The notes beneath the pieces are model-generated. The model had not been told where the DNA came from and made no database searches. It worked only from the letters and a program-made list of their open reading frames with translations. From positions 240,861 to 304,860 of the forward strand of contig MU619244.1 of NCBI GenBank assembly GCA_025201805.1: a DNA stretch of 64,000 bases, written 5' to 3'. This DNA is from Parasitella parasitica NRRL 2501 (Eukaryota; Fungi; Mucoromycota). Positions 11,777 through 25,818 of this stretch are shown piece after piece. Position 1 is the first letter of the stretch, and each line of letters starts with the position of its first letter. The position numbers and the translations under genes were made by a program.

Positions 11777-14700
11777 ATGTCTAATTGTGAGTCTGACGAG
11801 AATACACTAAACATGGGGCCCTTTTTATCAAGGCATTCCTCATTTTTAATCAAACGGAAACCAACTCAACTTGACAGTTGGTTAGATGAGCATCATAGCA
11901 GAAGCTTGTCAGTTCCAGACTTGCACAAACTAAGCCGAGAATGGGATTTGTATCAAAAGTCAGATTGTACAGTAGACAATAGAGTCATAGAGACTAAAAT
12001 GCAGGTGAATAGCTCACAGCCTCTTTAACTTGTGTATATATATACACACACTTAACTCTATAATATAGATTGATTTGCTCAATATTAGACTAGATGGAAA
12101 GATAAAAAGACCTCAGATACGACTAAAAATGGGTCCTGCTCAATACTATTCTAAGAGATCTGATACCTGTACAGGAGATTGGAACGAAGGGTTTATATTT
12201 GTAGTGTCGTACCATGCCCAATTATTCAATACAATTGAGGCAAGTAAATTCGACCCTGTAAACGAAACACCGCCAACTCGTTGACTAAAATGCACTGTAG
12301 TTTGATTTATATGACAAACCGCATAAACATTGGCCAACGACAAAACATGTAGGCAAAGCAAAATTGAAAATTTCTCTTCTGAGGGATAAAGCCGATATCT
12401 TTGTCACGTATGTTATCAAATGTGCAATGATGCCTGCTGGCTGCTAAACTCGCTCTACAGTTTTCTGCCAATATATGAATACCGTCCACAACGACTGTTG
12501 CCCTCGGATGTCCAGCCCACGTTATTAGAAACCAATGTTGTGGACCCCGTCATTGTTTCCAAGAAAACCGGGGATTTGAACTTGATCGGATCAGTGCAAA
12601 TCCGAATCAGATACCATTTTCAGCAGCCCTTGACCGGCGATGTGCATATGCCAAACAAAAAAATGCTAGCAGAAGAGAGACAAAACCAAGACGGGGAGGA
12701 GGACGAGGAGGAGGAGGAGGCGCCACAAACTATCTATGCGCCGGAGGACGTATTTCACCCATTGTCTGTCACTACGACAAACGCCTCGGCCAAGACATAT
12801 CTCTCTATCCCACATTCTGCTGCGCGAAGCTCTAATCGCAGAACATCGTATGGGAGGGGCGATTTGGCGCAAGAGGAAGGATACGTAGATGACCTATTCA
12901 AAAATCGCCTGTCAAACATCATGACTGCACAAATACCAAATCCATCAGAGTCAAGTCTTGCATCTAGTGAATCTGAGCGTGGCAAGGCAAAATCGCGCAA
13001 GCATTTTCATTATACATCGAGAAGTCGATCTGCAGCATCGCCACCTTCACAAAATTTGGACCGTGCTGGTAGTCGAAATAAAAATCAACTGCAATGGATC
13101 AAGCAGCTGATCACGCCCGCAAAGAGATTACCCAATTCATCCAGTGGTAGGCGATATGGATTTTCACAAAACGATTCAGACGACAATCACAAATTCAATC
13201 CTGACGATGAAAGCACAGAGACATCATCATCATCTACTGTATCGAGCATGTCATCGTCAGCGCCTGTGACAGATCGGCTAGCCCGCGGCGCACGCAAAAA
13301 GGCGCAGCATATCATCGACAGCGTTAACTTTGGCGATAGGGATTTCGCATCACAGTGGATGCAGGATTCGTTCGAAGATGTCGCATTATCACATCCAGTA
13401 GTTGACAAATTGATCGGGCTTGTGGTCAGCAAGCAGACACAGGCTATGGTGCGAGCGATTATAAAAACAGCAAACTCATTTGGCCAAGGATTCCGTGTTA
13501 CTGGCATCAAACTACTCAAAGCAGCGCTACTGATACAAAAGTTCTATGAATCGTTACCCCGACCACCGCTGCAGAAGCCTGTCTTGGACATCAGCCTCAT
13601 TGATAATGCATGCCACTATTTCTCGTTTGCATTGATGGCTTACGGGTGGCGCGGACTATGTTATTTGGGTATGTACGGCCAATATGTACGCGGTGCTCGT
13701 GATAGAAGGTCCAATCGGCTCGCTATCATCCGTTATCTACGTCTTCACCCTGAGGATTTGCTTGGTTATGAGTACGCGCTCCGGAAAGGTGCATCATTTC
13801 AGCCAAGTTATTATGTCGCTCTCGACAGACCGCGTAGGGCTATTGTGCTTAGTATCCGTGGAACGTGGAGCTTGTACGACGCAATCACGGATCTTGTGTG
13901 TGAGTACATGCCGTGGAAAAATGGCCTTGTTCATTCAGGCATGCTAGCATCTGCGCAGTGGTTCTACACTAGCATTATACCTCAAATCTTTCGATATATA
14001 CACCACCATCGCGATAAGCTCGATCGTTTCATCATAACAGGACACTCGCTTGGTGGCGGTACAGCAAGCTTGTTGACGATGATGGTGGCAGACCATATTG
14101 ACGAGCTGAGAGACCTTGCTGGGAACCCCAAGTTTGAAATGCATTGTTATAATTATGCACCTTCTGCAGTTAGTTCCCCTGACTTGGGAAAAAAATACCA
14201 AGATTTTATACATAGCTTTGTGTGTCAAGATGATGTCGTTGGTAGGCTATCGTATGGCACAGCCATGAAACTGAAGGAATTGGTACTGGACATGATTAGT
14301 GCTTACGGTACATTGGGAGGCTTTAGAAAGGTATAAAATATACATATATATGCTGCCTAGGTGACAATAGCAAATGTTTATATACATGTACTCTTTTCTT
14401 TGCAGACCATGACTGATCCAAACGCTCGTAAGGTTTGTTTTGATATTATTGCGCAACGTAGAGAAAAGCTCAACAGCGTTGCAGATTCAATGTATCCATC
14501 CGTAAGTAGAGCACCATGTCCTTTTGTTGTTTCCGACTAAATAGTTTGTCCAGCTGTACATCCCTGGCAAAATTATCCAGATCAAACGAGCAAAAGAAAC
14601 ACGGTTCACCAGCAAACCCGAAGAAGAGGACTCTCAAAAGCAGCACGACTCTGACCATAAGCGAAGAGGATCGACAGGGGTTGTAGGTGAGGTACTATCG

Positions 14701-14895
14701 CGACACAATCTCCCAGGTGCAAGCAAAACTTGCTACAGTCTACACCACTCGACTCATGAGATTTCGAATGAAATGAAATTGACGAAAACTTGCATTGAGG
14801 ACCACATGATTGCTGCTTATTACAGTGCTTTCGAAGCGTTGCGAGAACAGCATCCTTCACCTTACAAGGACGATGTTGCAAATAAACTTCTATAA
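11777..14895 (+). CDS. C2-domain + class 3 lipase (diacylglycerol-lipase-like), paralogue 1
   Basis: Introns 12005-12068, 12240-12300 (GC-AG), 12408-12460, 14331-14405 and 14502-14553. C2 motifs WNEGFIF and FDLYD..HVGKAKL; lipase motifs LSIRGT, VHSGM, GHSLGGG, DDVVGRLS and EDHM. Confidence 0.88.
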
Positions 14896-15061
14896 ATAAT
14901 CCCCTTTTTTAAGGTGTTACGGGACATGTTGAAAAAAAAAAAAAAAAAAAAATACCACAAATATCATGGCTGATTTGCCCGGGCTGAGGCGAAGAATAGC
15001 CTTTTTCTTTTTTTAGTATTTAAATTGAGGGGAGAATGAGGGTTTCCAAGAATTTGATTCC

Positions 15062-15128
15062 TTTTTCTTTTTCATTTTTTTCATTTTTTCACTTTTTCAT
15101 TTTTACATTTTTTCATTTTTTCATTTTC
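15062..15128 (+). repeat. Imperfect (T4-7CA)n simple repeat upstream of the transporter gene
   Basis: Repeated TTTTTCA-like units seen directly. Confidence 0.7.
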
Positions 15129-15132
15129 AAAT

Positions 15133-15565
15133 ATGGGTAAAATATCGACTTGTGATTGTGAAAACTTATACGGTGACTAATAGCATTTGGATAGGCTTAA
15201 TAAAACTATGCAACGGCATTCCCATCAAGTATCTCTCATTGATTATTCTTGTGGTGCAAAACAGCGCACTTATTCTGGTGATGCGCTATACAAGAGCCAA
15301 TGTGGAAGAAGACAAACTATATCTAGCATCGACTGCTGTTGTGATGAGCGAAGTAATCAAATCCATTGTTTGTCTGATTGTACTGTATCTTGCTCCTGAT
15401 TCCCGCAAACGTTCACTCAAGCGGCTGACGAGTCTGCTGAACCGCGAGCTCATTTTGAATTGGAGAGAAACTACTAAACTGGCATTTCCTGCTGGTTTGT
15501 ATCTCATTCAAGTAAGTTCTCATCTCGGTTGTTTATGAAAGGATCGGCTGAAAGTCTAACCTTTC

Positions 15566-15608
<43 letters not shown>

Positions 15609-16448
15609 TGTGTCTCCCAACAGAATAACCTTCAATACGTTGCAGCTTCCAACCTGGACGCAGCCACATTTCAAGTGACTTATCAGCTCAAAATCTTGAC
15701 CACTGCTTTCTTCAGTGTACTGATCCTCAAAAAGAACCTCTCAAAATTAAAATGGATGGCCTTGGGGTTATTAACCATCGGTATCGCCCTCGTCGTTTTA
15801 CCCAAAGGAGCATCGACTGCAGTCATTGCCTACATCACTGGAAATACAACAATCACCGACTCGTCAATCGCCGAAACTACTGCCATTGGCAATCAATCTA
15901 ATTTACAAGGTTTTGTTGCCGTTTTAACTGCCTGCATGCTGTCTGGTTTGGCTGGCGTTTACTTTGAAAAGATTCTCAAGGCACCTGCTCCCAAACCTGC
16001 TGTGTCTGCTAACAACGCTGAGGATTGGTCTGATGAAGAGGATGAAAATAAAAAGGTTGTAGGACGAGAGGAGGAAAACATGGATGATGAGCTGGCTGCT
16101 GCTAGCAATCAGATCTGGATTCGCAACATTCAAATGTCATTTTTCTCTGTGCTGTTGGGCTTGGTATTTGTTGTTATGCTGCAAGATGGCACCACTATTG
16201 TCGAGCGTGGATTTTTTGTCAATTATACACCGCTGACCTGGACCGTAATTGCTATTCAGGCCTTGGGAGGTTTAATCGTTGCTCTGGTTGTAAAGTATGC
16301 CGATAACATCTTGAAGGGCTTTGCTACTAGTATTAGTATCATTCTGTCATCCGTCATTAGTGTGTGGCTTTTTAACTTTAGCTTCTCGGGATCCTTTCTA
16401 CTGGGCGCAGCATTGGTTATTTACGCAACTTACTTGTATGGATTGTAA
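15133..16448 (+). CDS. Golgi nucleotide-sugar (UDP-galactose-type, SLC35A) transporter
   Basis: Motifs QNSALILVMRY, STAVVMSEVIK, QNNLQY..SNLDAATFQVTYQLKILTTA, GVYFEKILK, WIRNIQ and VKYADNILKGFA. First exon is 4 nt (ATGG); introns 15137-15194 and about 15511-15623. Confidence 0.93.
15565..15613 (+). repeat. Compound (CT)n(GT)n microsatellite in an intron
   Basis: Seen directly. Confidence 0.9.
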
Positions 16449-17276
16449 TACAAACAACCCTTTTTTTTTTTTTTTGTATGTTCTCTTCCCTTTGCAAATA
16501 TTAATACCCTGAACCTTTTTTCTCTCTCCTGTGTACACTCTTTATTCTTATAAATCTTATTCTTACAGCTATAATGACTATTCTTGCCTGTCTTTATTAA
16601 TTTAAATAAACCGTTAGTTTTTGTTTTCAATATTCTATTGATTGTACTTGGCACTTGAAACACATTGAATATTTCATTGAAACCAACATGGAAACATTTG
16701 AATAGGCGCTTTGTATGCAAAATAAGGCTAGAACGCCTTTTAATTATATATTGATTAAATTAATTTGAAAAGAAACAACATTCCAATGGGCACTGTCAAA
16801 AATCAATAAAAGCACACCAAGAAAATGGTACGCTTGGTGGTTGTCGTAGGTTTTAGGCCTCTGCTCCTTTATGCAAAAACGCAATCAGCCATGTAATTTT
16901 GTATTCAATCGGCACAATCATTTAAAAATACACTCATGGGCTAAAATGATAAACATTAATCTGCCATTTATTCTCACATTCCCCACCCCACCCCACCCCG
17001 AACTTTATCATAAAATAAGTTCAAAAATAGCTACTAACGAAGGACTAATTGAATTTCATTAAAAACTTGCGTCTTACTATTTACACAACGCACATTAAGC
17101 CAAGCAGGCAGATGCTGACACGCAATCCAGAGGGTAGCAAAAAGACCTTCTTTTGTACCAAGACAAACTATAGCTGTCAAACAATGCTTATTCGCTACAA
17201 GCACTAGTTTGTGCTGAATCTTTTTAATGATTCAAGAATTGATATTTAAATTACAAAGAACAAAAAAAAAACACGC

Positions 17277-19359
17277 CTATTCATCGTTTACAAGTGGACA
17301 TTGGCCGGCTAACATGACTTTAGCAACATCAGCCCAAAGCTTTTTGATATCTTCTGCATTATTATCGTCAAAGTAGATTCTACAGTCAGCATTGATGGCA
17401 CTATACTCCAAAAGATCGGTTTCTTGACCACTGAAAGAACTGGTGGGCTTGTAAACTTCTCTGAAGGTCCATCCCATATCAGCACGCTCAGGGAAAGGAG
17501 CAGGGGCGTCTGGATCATCCGCCATTCCCAGAATCTCCAGGTCCAGAAGGAAGCTAGACAAGCGGTCGCTTTCTCCACCGGGGAAAGAAGCAAATTGCAT
17601 ACGATTACCACGAATGCCGCCCAAACCCATAGCAGGAACCTGATGCGACAAACGAAGACGAGACGCAACAATGGCGCAAGTAGAGCCACAACGACCATCA
17701 GACAAGATCAGGACATCAGAAGACTTCCATTTGGTATTGTGGTACTTTTTGGCAGTGATGGTATCGTCCCAGCTGTCGCAACTCAGAGCGATAGGTTGCG
17801 AAAATTTGACAGTGTCCTTGCCACGGGTATATTCCTTGGTTTCGGTAAACCAGGAGCTTCCTTCGTAGCCGGGAGACTTGTAGTCGACCCACTTTGTGTT
17901 TTCCTGTTGGTGGGCCTTTTCAATGACACGCTCCAAGAATGGAGAGTACTTGATGTCAGAAGGATAGTCGGGGGTAGAGTTGAAAAATGTGCTAATGATG
18001 AATTCACCAGCACAAGCATCGCCACCGCCGTTGGACGAAAGATCCAAAATGATCTTTTCGACACCCTGGGCTTCAAAGTTTTCGAGGCCTGCGATGAAAT
18101 CATCAGCGAAAGCTTGTCTATCTTGAGAAGCAATAGAGAAACTTTGGATGTCAATGACACCAACTTTCTCATTATCACCGGTTAATTGTATGAATTCGAG
18201 ATAGGGACCGCGGCTGTTTCCGACAGCATTGGATGCTATGTTGACACCATCAGAATTCAGCGCAAATACTTCACCTTCGTGTATCGTCTTGAGCTCGTGA
18301 AGGTCGTAATGAATGGTTCTTTTGGTGATGTTTTGATGGTCGTTTTGATGAGCGGACTTGCAGAAAGAAGCCCAGTAGTTGTCGGCAGTTTGGAAGTTGG
18401 GGGGTACTTGAGCAATCCAAGGCACTTTGACGGTGAAGGGGTCGTCATACTCTTCTTGAACAGGCAGGGTGCCGCTTTTGGGGCAGCGTAGGGTATAGCT
18501 GTGGAATTCTTGCGCTGGTAAGAAACGATGGTAGCCCAAGTCATCGGCACCATCGTCCCAGCCATGGAAATAGCTTTTTGTATTCATGATGTTGTTGAAG
18601 CAGGTGTTGGCATCTTTACTCTCGCCGTTGTTGTTGACAGCGTAGTTGACAATCATGTCCATGGCTTCTGATCCGTCGATCTCGGTGACTTCACAGCCGA
18701 CCCAAGACTCTTTGGCTTCAGGCCATACGTCGTTCTTGACGTAGGCGATATTAGCAACCAGTCTTTTGTTTCTTAAAAGCGCATTTAGCTGAATAGGCTG
18801 CCAGAAAATAAACTGACGATAGCAGAATGGCGAATAAGACTACGATGATATTACCGTTAGTTGTCCACCGGTCAATGATGGGTCTACTGATGATTTTACC
18901 AAATGAGCATCTTGCACTTTGTCCAACAATAATGCCACGGCTTCTTGAAATTCCCTGTCTGATTTCCACTCTTCTTTGAGGATCAAGTCCAATCCATACG
19001 AAATATCCACAGCGGGAATAGCTAATCCTTCGACTGTGGGCGGCGTAGCGGCAACCTCCTATTCAAAAGAAGAAGAAATAGAGGGTTAATATAGAACCCA
19101 CTATTAATATCCTTGCAGCATTTACGTTGAACACATAGAGTTCGTTTGCCACTTTTCTAATAGTGTCGACAGTTTGCTGAGCAATGTCTTTGTCGTATTT
19201 GAAATAGTCCAAACAGGCCTTTGCGTCTTGAAAGCTGGCTGTTTTATTACCAGCAATGTAAGCGCATGGATCGACGTCTGCTGCTGCTGCTGCTGATTTT
19301 ACAGAGATAAATAGGCCCGAAATGGCCAAACCAAGCAGCTTATTACTTGGTAGTAGCAT
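17277..19359 (-). CDS. Secreted peptidase S41 family (tail-specific protease-like)
   Basis: Signal peptide, DAH motif, PDZ-like VGCEVTEIDG, IILDLSSNGGG and catalytic-region LSDGRCGSTCA. Three exons. Confidence 0.85.
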
Positions 19360-19540
19360 GTTGTATTTGTATGAAAGAAAGGAAAGGAAAGGGGGGGGGG
19401 AGGAGCGAGGGGCGAGAGGAAGAAAAAGAAAGGGGAATTTTTATATACGAACGTCTATAAATAAGTCTGTATGACAACCCATTCGACCAATTAATGAGGG
19501 TTCCAAATGCAGTAAGAGGGTTTTATTGTATACATGATTG

Positions 19541-20390
19541 CTATACTTGAGCAATACCTCGAGCGAAAAAGCTCACGCTGTTGTCAAGTATTTTATAGTG
19601 TAGAGATTGTTGCGGGGTATCCATAGTTTGCTGGTAAGGCTGTTGAGGGCCATAGATGATGTCCAACTGACCGTGCACGTCGCGGGCCAATCCGCTGTTC
19701 AACGGCTGCACTTGGAGTACAAGACTGGATCCGTAAATGATGCTTTTAATAAAGTTGTCTTGCTCAATATCTTCAGACCCCTCTTCATCCGCATGCATGA
19801 CAGTCAACAATGTGCCCTGTACACTTTCCACCAACGATCTCAGCTTCAAGATGAATGTCGAGACCTGCTCAATGTCAAACCCGTTGTATAATAGCACACT
19901 AATGTCGTCCAAAATGACAAGCGTATTGCTCAAAGTAACATGTCGGGAGATTGTCTTGTAGAACGATTTTAAAAGGCATTGCTTATCCTTGTAATCCAGC
20001 GTGTCTGTGGGCGCAGTAGGTGCTTTTGCGGGAGGGTAAGGTGTGCCGGATGTGAATTCATTCAGATGAGTCAAACCATCCAAAAATACAAACTTTCCAG
20101 ATTGTTTGTGAGCTTGCAAGTTGATGCCCTATTGATTCTTAGACGACATGGAAACGGATCTGCTGCAAGTGCTTATTTACCAGTTTACGTCCAATCAGGA
20201 AATAGTGGTTGAAGATCTGCGCCAATCCTACCAAAACCACACGCTTGTCATTCTTGAGCTGATTGACAACAAAATGATGAATGAGGAAGTTTGCGTCCGA
20301 CTTCAAGGTGTCTGTTATTGCAATGTGGGCATTGATAGGCGCCAAATTGCTTGGAAACGCAAGTGCTGCATCTAACGAGGCGTAACCCAT
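19541..20390 (-). CDS. ELP6: Elongator complex subunit 6
   Basis: ITDTLKSDANFLIHHF, FNHYFLIGRKL, FVFLDGL, ILDDISVL, VQPLNSGLARDVHGQL and terminal LHYKILDNSVSFFARG. One intron. Confidence 0.9.
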
Positions 20391-20528
20391 GATTGTTTCA
20401 CTGACGAAAAAAGAAAAAAAAAAAAAAAGACTCAAGAGAGAAAAGCAGGTTTATTTTCACTTTCATCATTTGAACATTCGAAAAAGAAAGAGACAGTTTT
20501 TTCAGACAGTCACCTGCTACAAGTAGCA

Positions 20529-21325
20529 TCATGCTATCGTATCGTCCTTCTTCCTGTTGTGCTGCTGTAGCAACTCGATGAGATGCTGCATGACATTTTC
20601 TTCGTTTCCCAACACTGACGATGTGTTTGCAGCTGACGATCGCTCCTCTTTATCAGTGATAAATTTCTGGATGATTGGGTCGCTCTACGTGTGACATACT
20701 CCCGTCAGAAGTTGTTGACTCTCGACATCTTCAACGCCCTACCTTTATTTCCTTGGTCACATCGAATTTGCTTTCTGTGTCCATGGCCTGTATTGTTCTG
20801 CTGTGCACTGTTTAGTGCTCTTCCTCTTTTTATGTTTTTTTTTTTTTAGCGTCACTCTCTCCCCCTTCCCCTTTTTTGGTTTCCCTCCTCGATTAATTTA
20901 CCTGCAAACTTCCTCTATCAGCGTAGATACAGCTTTGTTTTTACTATGGATAGCACGATTTGCAGCTACAGTTGCCTTGGCAGCTACCTTGGATACCTAA
21001 GCATGGAGGAGGCTCAAAGGGTGAGTACTTTCAATGAAGGATATGCCTTCGCGTGTAATTTTACAATTTATAATACTTTTTTAATTTCTTCCTGATTCAC
21101 GATGGCTTGGTCTGTCCACTGATGGTTAAGAATATGGGCAAGCGTTTCTGGTGTTAAGATTGGCGGTGATCCCCAATGATCATCCAAGTTTTGAATGATT
21201 TCCGTAATACGGTCTTCTCCCATTGAATTGGAGTCTGTAGATAAAAGACTGCTGCTGCTGGATTTCTTGCTCAACAGGATTGGGTTCGGTGCTCTATCCT
21301 GACTCTTGGGCAAAGCAAAGTACAT
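20529..21325 (-). CDS. Hypothetical multi-exon protein
   Basis: ATG 21325. Plausible GT-AG introns link ..EEIKK / VSKVAAKATVAANRAIH.. / ..FDVTKEIK / SDPIIQKF..DDTIA*. No family recognised. Confidence 0.45.
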
Positions 21326-22125
21326 TTCAAAGCGACTGAAAAAAAAAGAGGAAGAGAAGAAAAGAGAGATGCATTCAGAGTCCAGAATCTTTTCCCTTTA
21401 AAAAAATCAACAAATGCAATCCATACAATGACAATCATAATTCTTCGCTAACCCAAAATTGTACTCGATCCCCTTTCCAAATGTACACACATTCAAGATC
21501 TAAGCTATTTAAAGCAAGCGCAGATTTGAGTAATGTTAGATGTGCTTGATGTGGAAAAGCATGTGTATACGACTTTCATACCACACAAGCCATTGCAGTG
21601 ACATGCCATTGAATAGCATACTTCATTGCACTGNNNNNNNNNNAAAAAAAGGTTTGTATTCAGCACACACAATCAAACAAGTCAAAGACAATTTTTTAAT
21701 ATAATCAGGAACAAGCTAGCCTGTGCTACATCAGCTGGAATATTCATCATTTATAAATAAACTTTTCGTTATATATACAGTAAAATAAAACAATGTCCAT
21801 CTTCATCTTCATTCAACAATCATCACCATAGGTGCCATTAGCATAAATCAGAATGTATTCAAACACCGTCAAGGCTTTCCTGGCTTGACAAATTCGGTTC
21901 GCTATGTTTGTTTCGAGAATACCTCTTTTGATTTGCTCTATTTCACCCACTATCGACAACATATGATTGATTGGAACAAGGGGAAAGAGGTGGGCAACGT
22001 GCGGCTGCTGCTGCTGCTGCTTGTACAACGGTCACTGTTCCCCCCAAAAAGAGTATTTAAGACTTGAAGATTCCACATCCTTTACGGCTCTTTTTTCCTT
22101 TTGTCTTTGTATTTAATCAATAAAC

Positions 22126-22892
<767 letters not shown>

Positions 22893-23718
22893 ATCTACTG
22901 ACACTTGTTCCTTCTCTTTCTTTCATCTCGGCATCATGAAACCATTTATTGATGTATGAGCAATAAAATCAAAAATCAAAAAAAAAAAAACGCAGCAGTA
23001 TCTTGCTTTGAGATGGTATTGTTGGGAATAAAATTACAATTTTACATTTTCAACATTATTCTTTCTCTTTTCTCTCAAATATACAGCCTTGACAGCTAGA
23101 TGTTGACATCCTTGTGGCATGGCATGTGATTTAAGCAATCGGTAAACACAAACAGAGACTTTGTGGCAAGTTATAGTATATAGTACGTCAGTACAGCGCG
23201 CTTGGTCAAATTTATGAACGGATCTTGATCAAACTTTTAAATGGAAATTATATTGTTATGGATAATGCTTTTATCCATAAACCCGAGCCGATGATTAAAC
23301 TCACAACTTTAAGCAAAAGGTAGTTGAAGGGAAGATGAAGCGTGATAGACCTATGAATGAAGAAAATTTGTCAAGCAGGTTAGCGATGCTCGTATGGTGT
23401 AGTTATTAGTGATCTTTATGCCTTTTGTGATTATTCTGAGCGCCAAATCATTCATTGTATAAGTGTTACTTTCAGATACATATTCTTACGAATTATACAT
23501 CATATTGCTATCATGTAAGTCGCCAAAGAGGCCAATCATTTTTGAAATGTACAAAACTAGCTGTGATCCACCGATGCATCAAAACTATAGTTGTGAACTG
23601 GTGCAAAAAATTGTCGACGAAAAATAAATAAATGTCCAAAAAATGTCATGAGTTTGTTTTTGTCACAATGATATATATGTATACTTTGTAATTATCGTAC
23701 AGGGGATGCACATAATTT

Positions 23719-25575
23719 TTATTCAATAGTGGCAGCATTCAAATTAGGAAGCTCCACACTGGGATCTATGTCTAGCAGTCTTTCGTGGATAGCTTTCAAA
23801 GCATTCAAAGCGTATTTTTCTTCCACCACGCATGAAATATTGATTTCCGAGGCACCCTGTGAGATGATTTCAATACTAATACCAGCTTCTGCCAAAGAAG
23901 TAAACATTTTTCCGGCCACACCCACTAGATTTTTCATCTGTTTGCCAACAAGGGATAGAATAGCCATATTTTGATTGACATCAACCTAATGCAAATTATT
24001 AGTTTATGTTTTAAATCCTCTCGATTGAATAGACACATTACAGCTCCAAGCTTTTCAAGGTCAATTAGTGCTTTGTCCAGATTACTCTGATCAACATCTG
24101 ACGACAATGCCATCGACACATGAACCTCTGAAGTAGAAATCAAATCCACAATAATATTATGTTCGTCCAGAGCCATAAAGATCTTTGCCAAAAACCCGTG
24201 GCTTACGTTTTTGCGATTGGAATGCACATTAAGCACGCAAATCTTGTCTTTGACTGTAACTGCGGTAGGGTGCTTCCGGGAGAGATCTAGATGATACCCA
24301 TTTTGAGCCAGCACAGCTGGCGTAGGGGGTGGTGTGGCATAGCCGTTGGTCGTTTTTGTAGTTTGGTCTGGGAAGATAATAGTACCAGAGCCAAATGGGT
24401 TTTCGACATTCTTGATGCGGATAGGGATTTCAGCTCTTATGACCTGTTCCATGGTGAAAGGGTGGATGACTTCGGAGCCGTAGTAGGTTAATTCAGCGGC
24501 TTCCTCTGGCGTGATGATGGGCAGTAAACGAGCAGTCTCGACCTTGCGAGGATCCGCAGTAAAAATGCCATCTACTTCCTTCCAAATCTGCAGTTCCTGT
24601 GATTGTAAACCCACGGCTGCAAGAGCAGCACAGAGATCAGTGTAGCCTCGGCCAATGCTGCTCAATAGACTGCCCGGTACGTTGCCGAAAAACCCTGTCA
24701 AAACCGGCACCTTATTTCCGCATTCAGCAACAACTTGGCCTAGACGTACGGCAATGTAGTCGTAGAATGCTTGATCCAGAATAGTGAATTCTCGGTCGAT
24801 AATGTTGTTCAGCACCACCAATTGACTATCGATCCCCTGATCCAAAAAAAAAATGAGTAAATTCAATGCTAGCTTAATGACAAGAGATGCTTACTCTGTC
24901 TTTTAATACAGCGGCGACGATGGTGCACGACAGCTTTTCTCCCATGCCTACAATGATGTCTTTTGACCTAGGCGAAATCTCATCTATAATCTAATCCACT
25001 GTGTTACTCTGGCAGATTCTAAATCACACCCTTTGAAATCGTACCTCTGCTGCTTCCAAAAATGATCTCAGTTTCAGGCATTCTTTCTTCAATTGGGCTT
25101 CGAGATGGATCAATATCTCTTTGTTTTGAATAACCGACCTTGCTGCATGAAGATGGTCGTTTGTGATTTCCTCAACAATCTCTAGGTGCTTTTCTGATCC
25201 CTCTTTTAGTGCTTCTTCTGCTGCTCGGAGAAGCCTTGATCAAAGTTAAATCTGCATGAATAATGACACATTTCAATTGATGAACAAGTTCCAAGACTCA
25301 CATGTTTGTCGTGCCCTTGTCCTTTGATTCTCCACTTCTAGCAGAGCATACAACAACCACCTTGTTTGTCTTTATATATGTACTAGTAAATGGAAAGAAT
25401 TAGATCATTTTCCTTTATTTTGATTTATTTTTTTTTTAAAAAAAAAAAAGGGATTGCCCTCTTACGGTATGATGGTATCAGCTATTTCGTTTAAAAATTT
25501 GCCTACGCTAGTTCCGCCGTATTTTTGTACAATCCATGGAAAATTGGCTGGATTCGTTTTTAATGACAATTGCAT
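23719..25575 (-). CDS. HOM3: Aspartokinase with two ACT domains
   Basis: VQKYGGTSVG, GEKLSC, IGRGYTDL, WKEVDGIFTADPR, ELTYYGSEVIHP and SQGASEINISC motifs; multi-exon. Confidence 0.96.
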
Positions 25576-25818
25576 TGTTGGTACGTTTCAGCGAAAAATG
25601 AGATTTAGATGAAATAGGTGCATCTTTGAATCGTGATTTGCCTTTATCCCATCATAGCAAATCAGCTCGCACCGTCACAAAAGATCATCTATGAACTCGT
25701 TGACCTTCTCACTGGCCAAATTTCTTGATGCGTCATCTGACATCATTTTACAGCCAAAGTCGCTATGCTTTGATAGGCGACCCTCATTTCCGATATTGCA
25801 TAGGCTATTCTCTCAGCA

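Noticed and set aside
17424-18185. 253-aa plus-strand ORF and similar antisense ORFs over the lipases, SPX transporter and kinesin
   Set aside because: Shadow frames of codon-biased real genes.
21634-21643. 10-N runs (also 37641-37650 and 60850-60859)
   Set aside because: Scaffold gap placeholders beside A runs; distances across them are unreliable.
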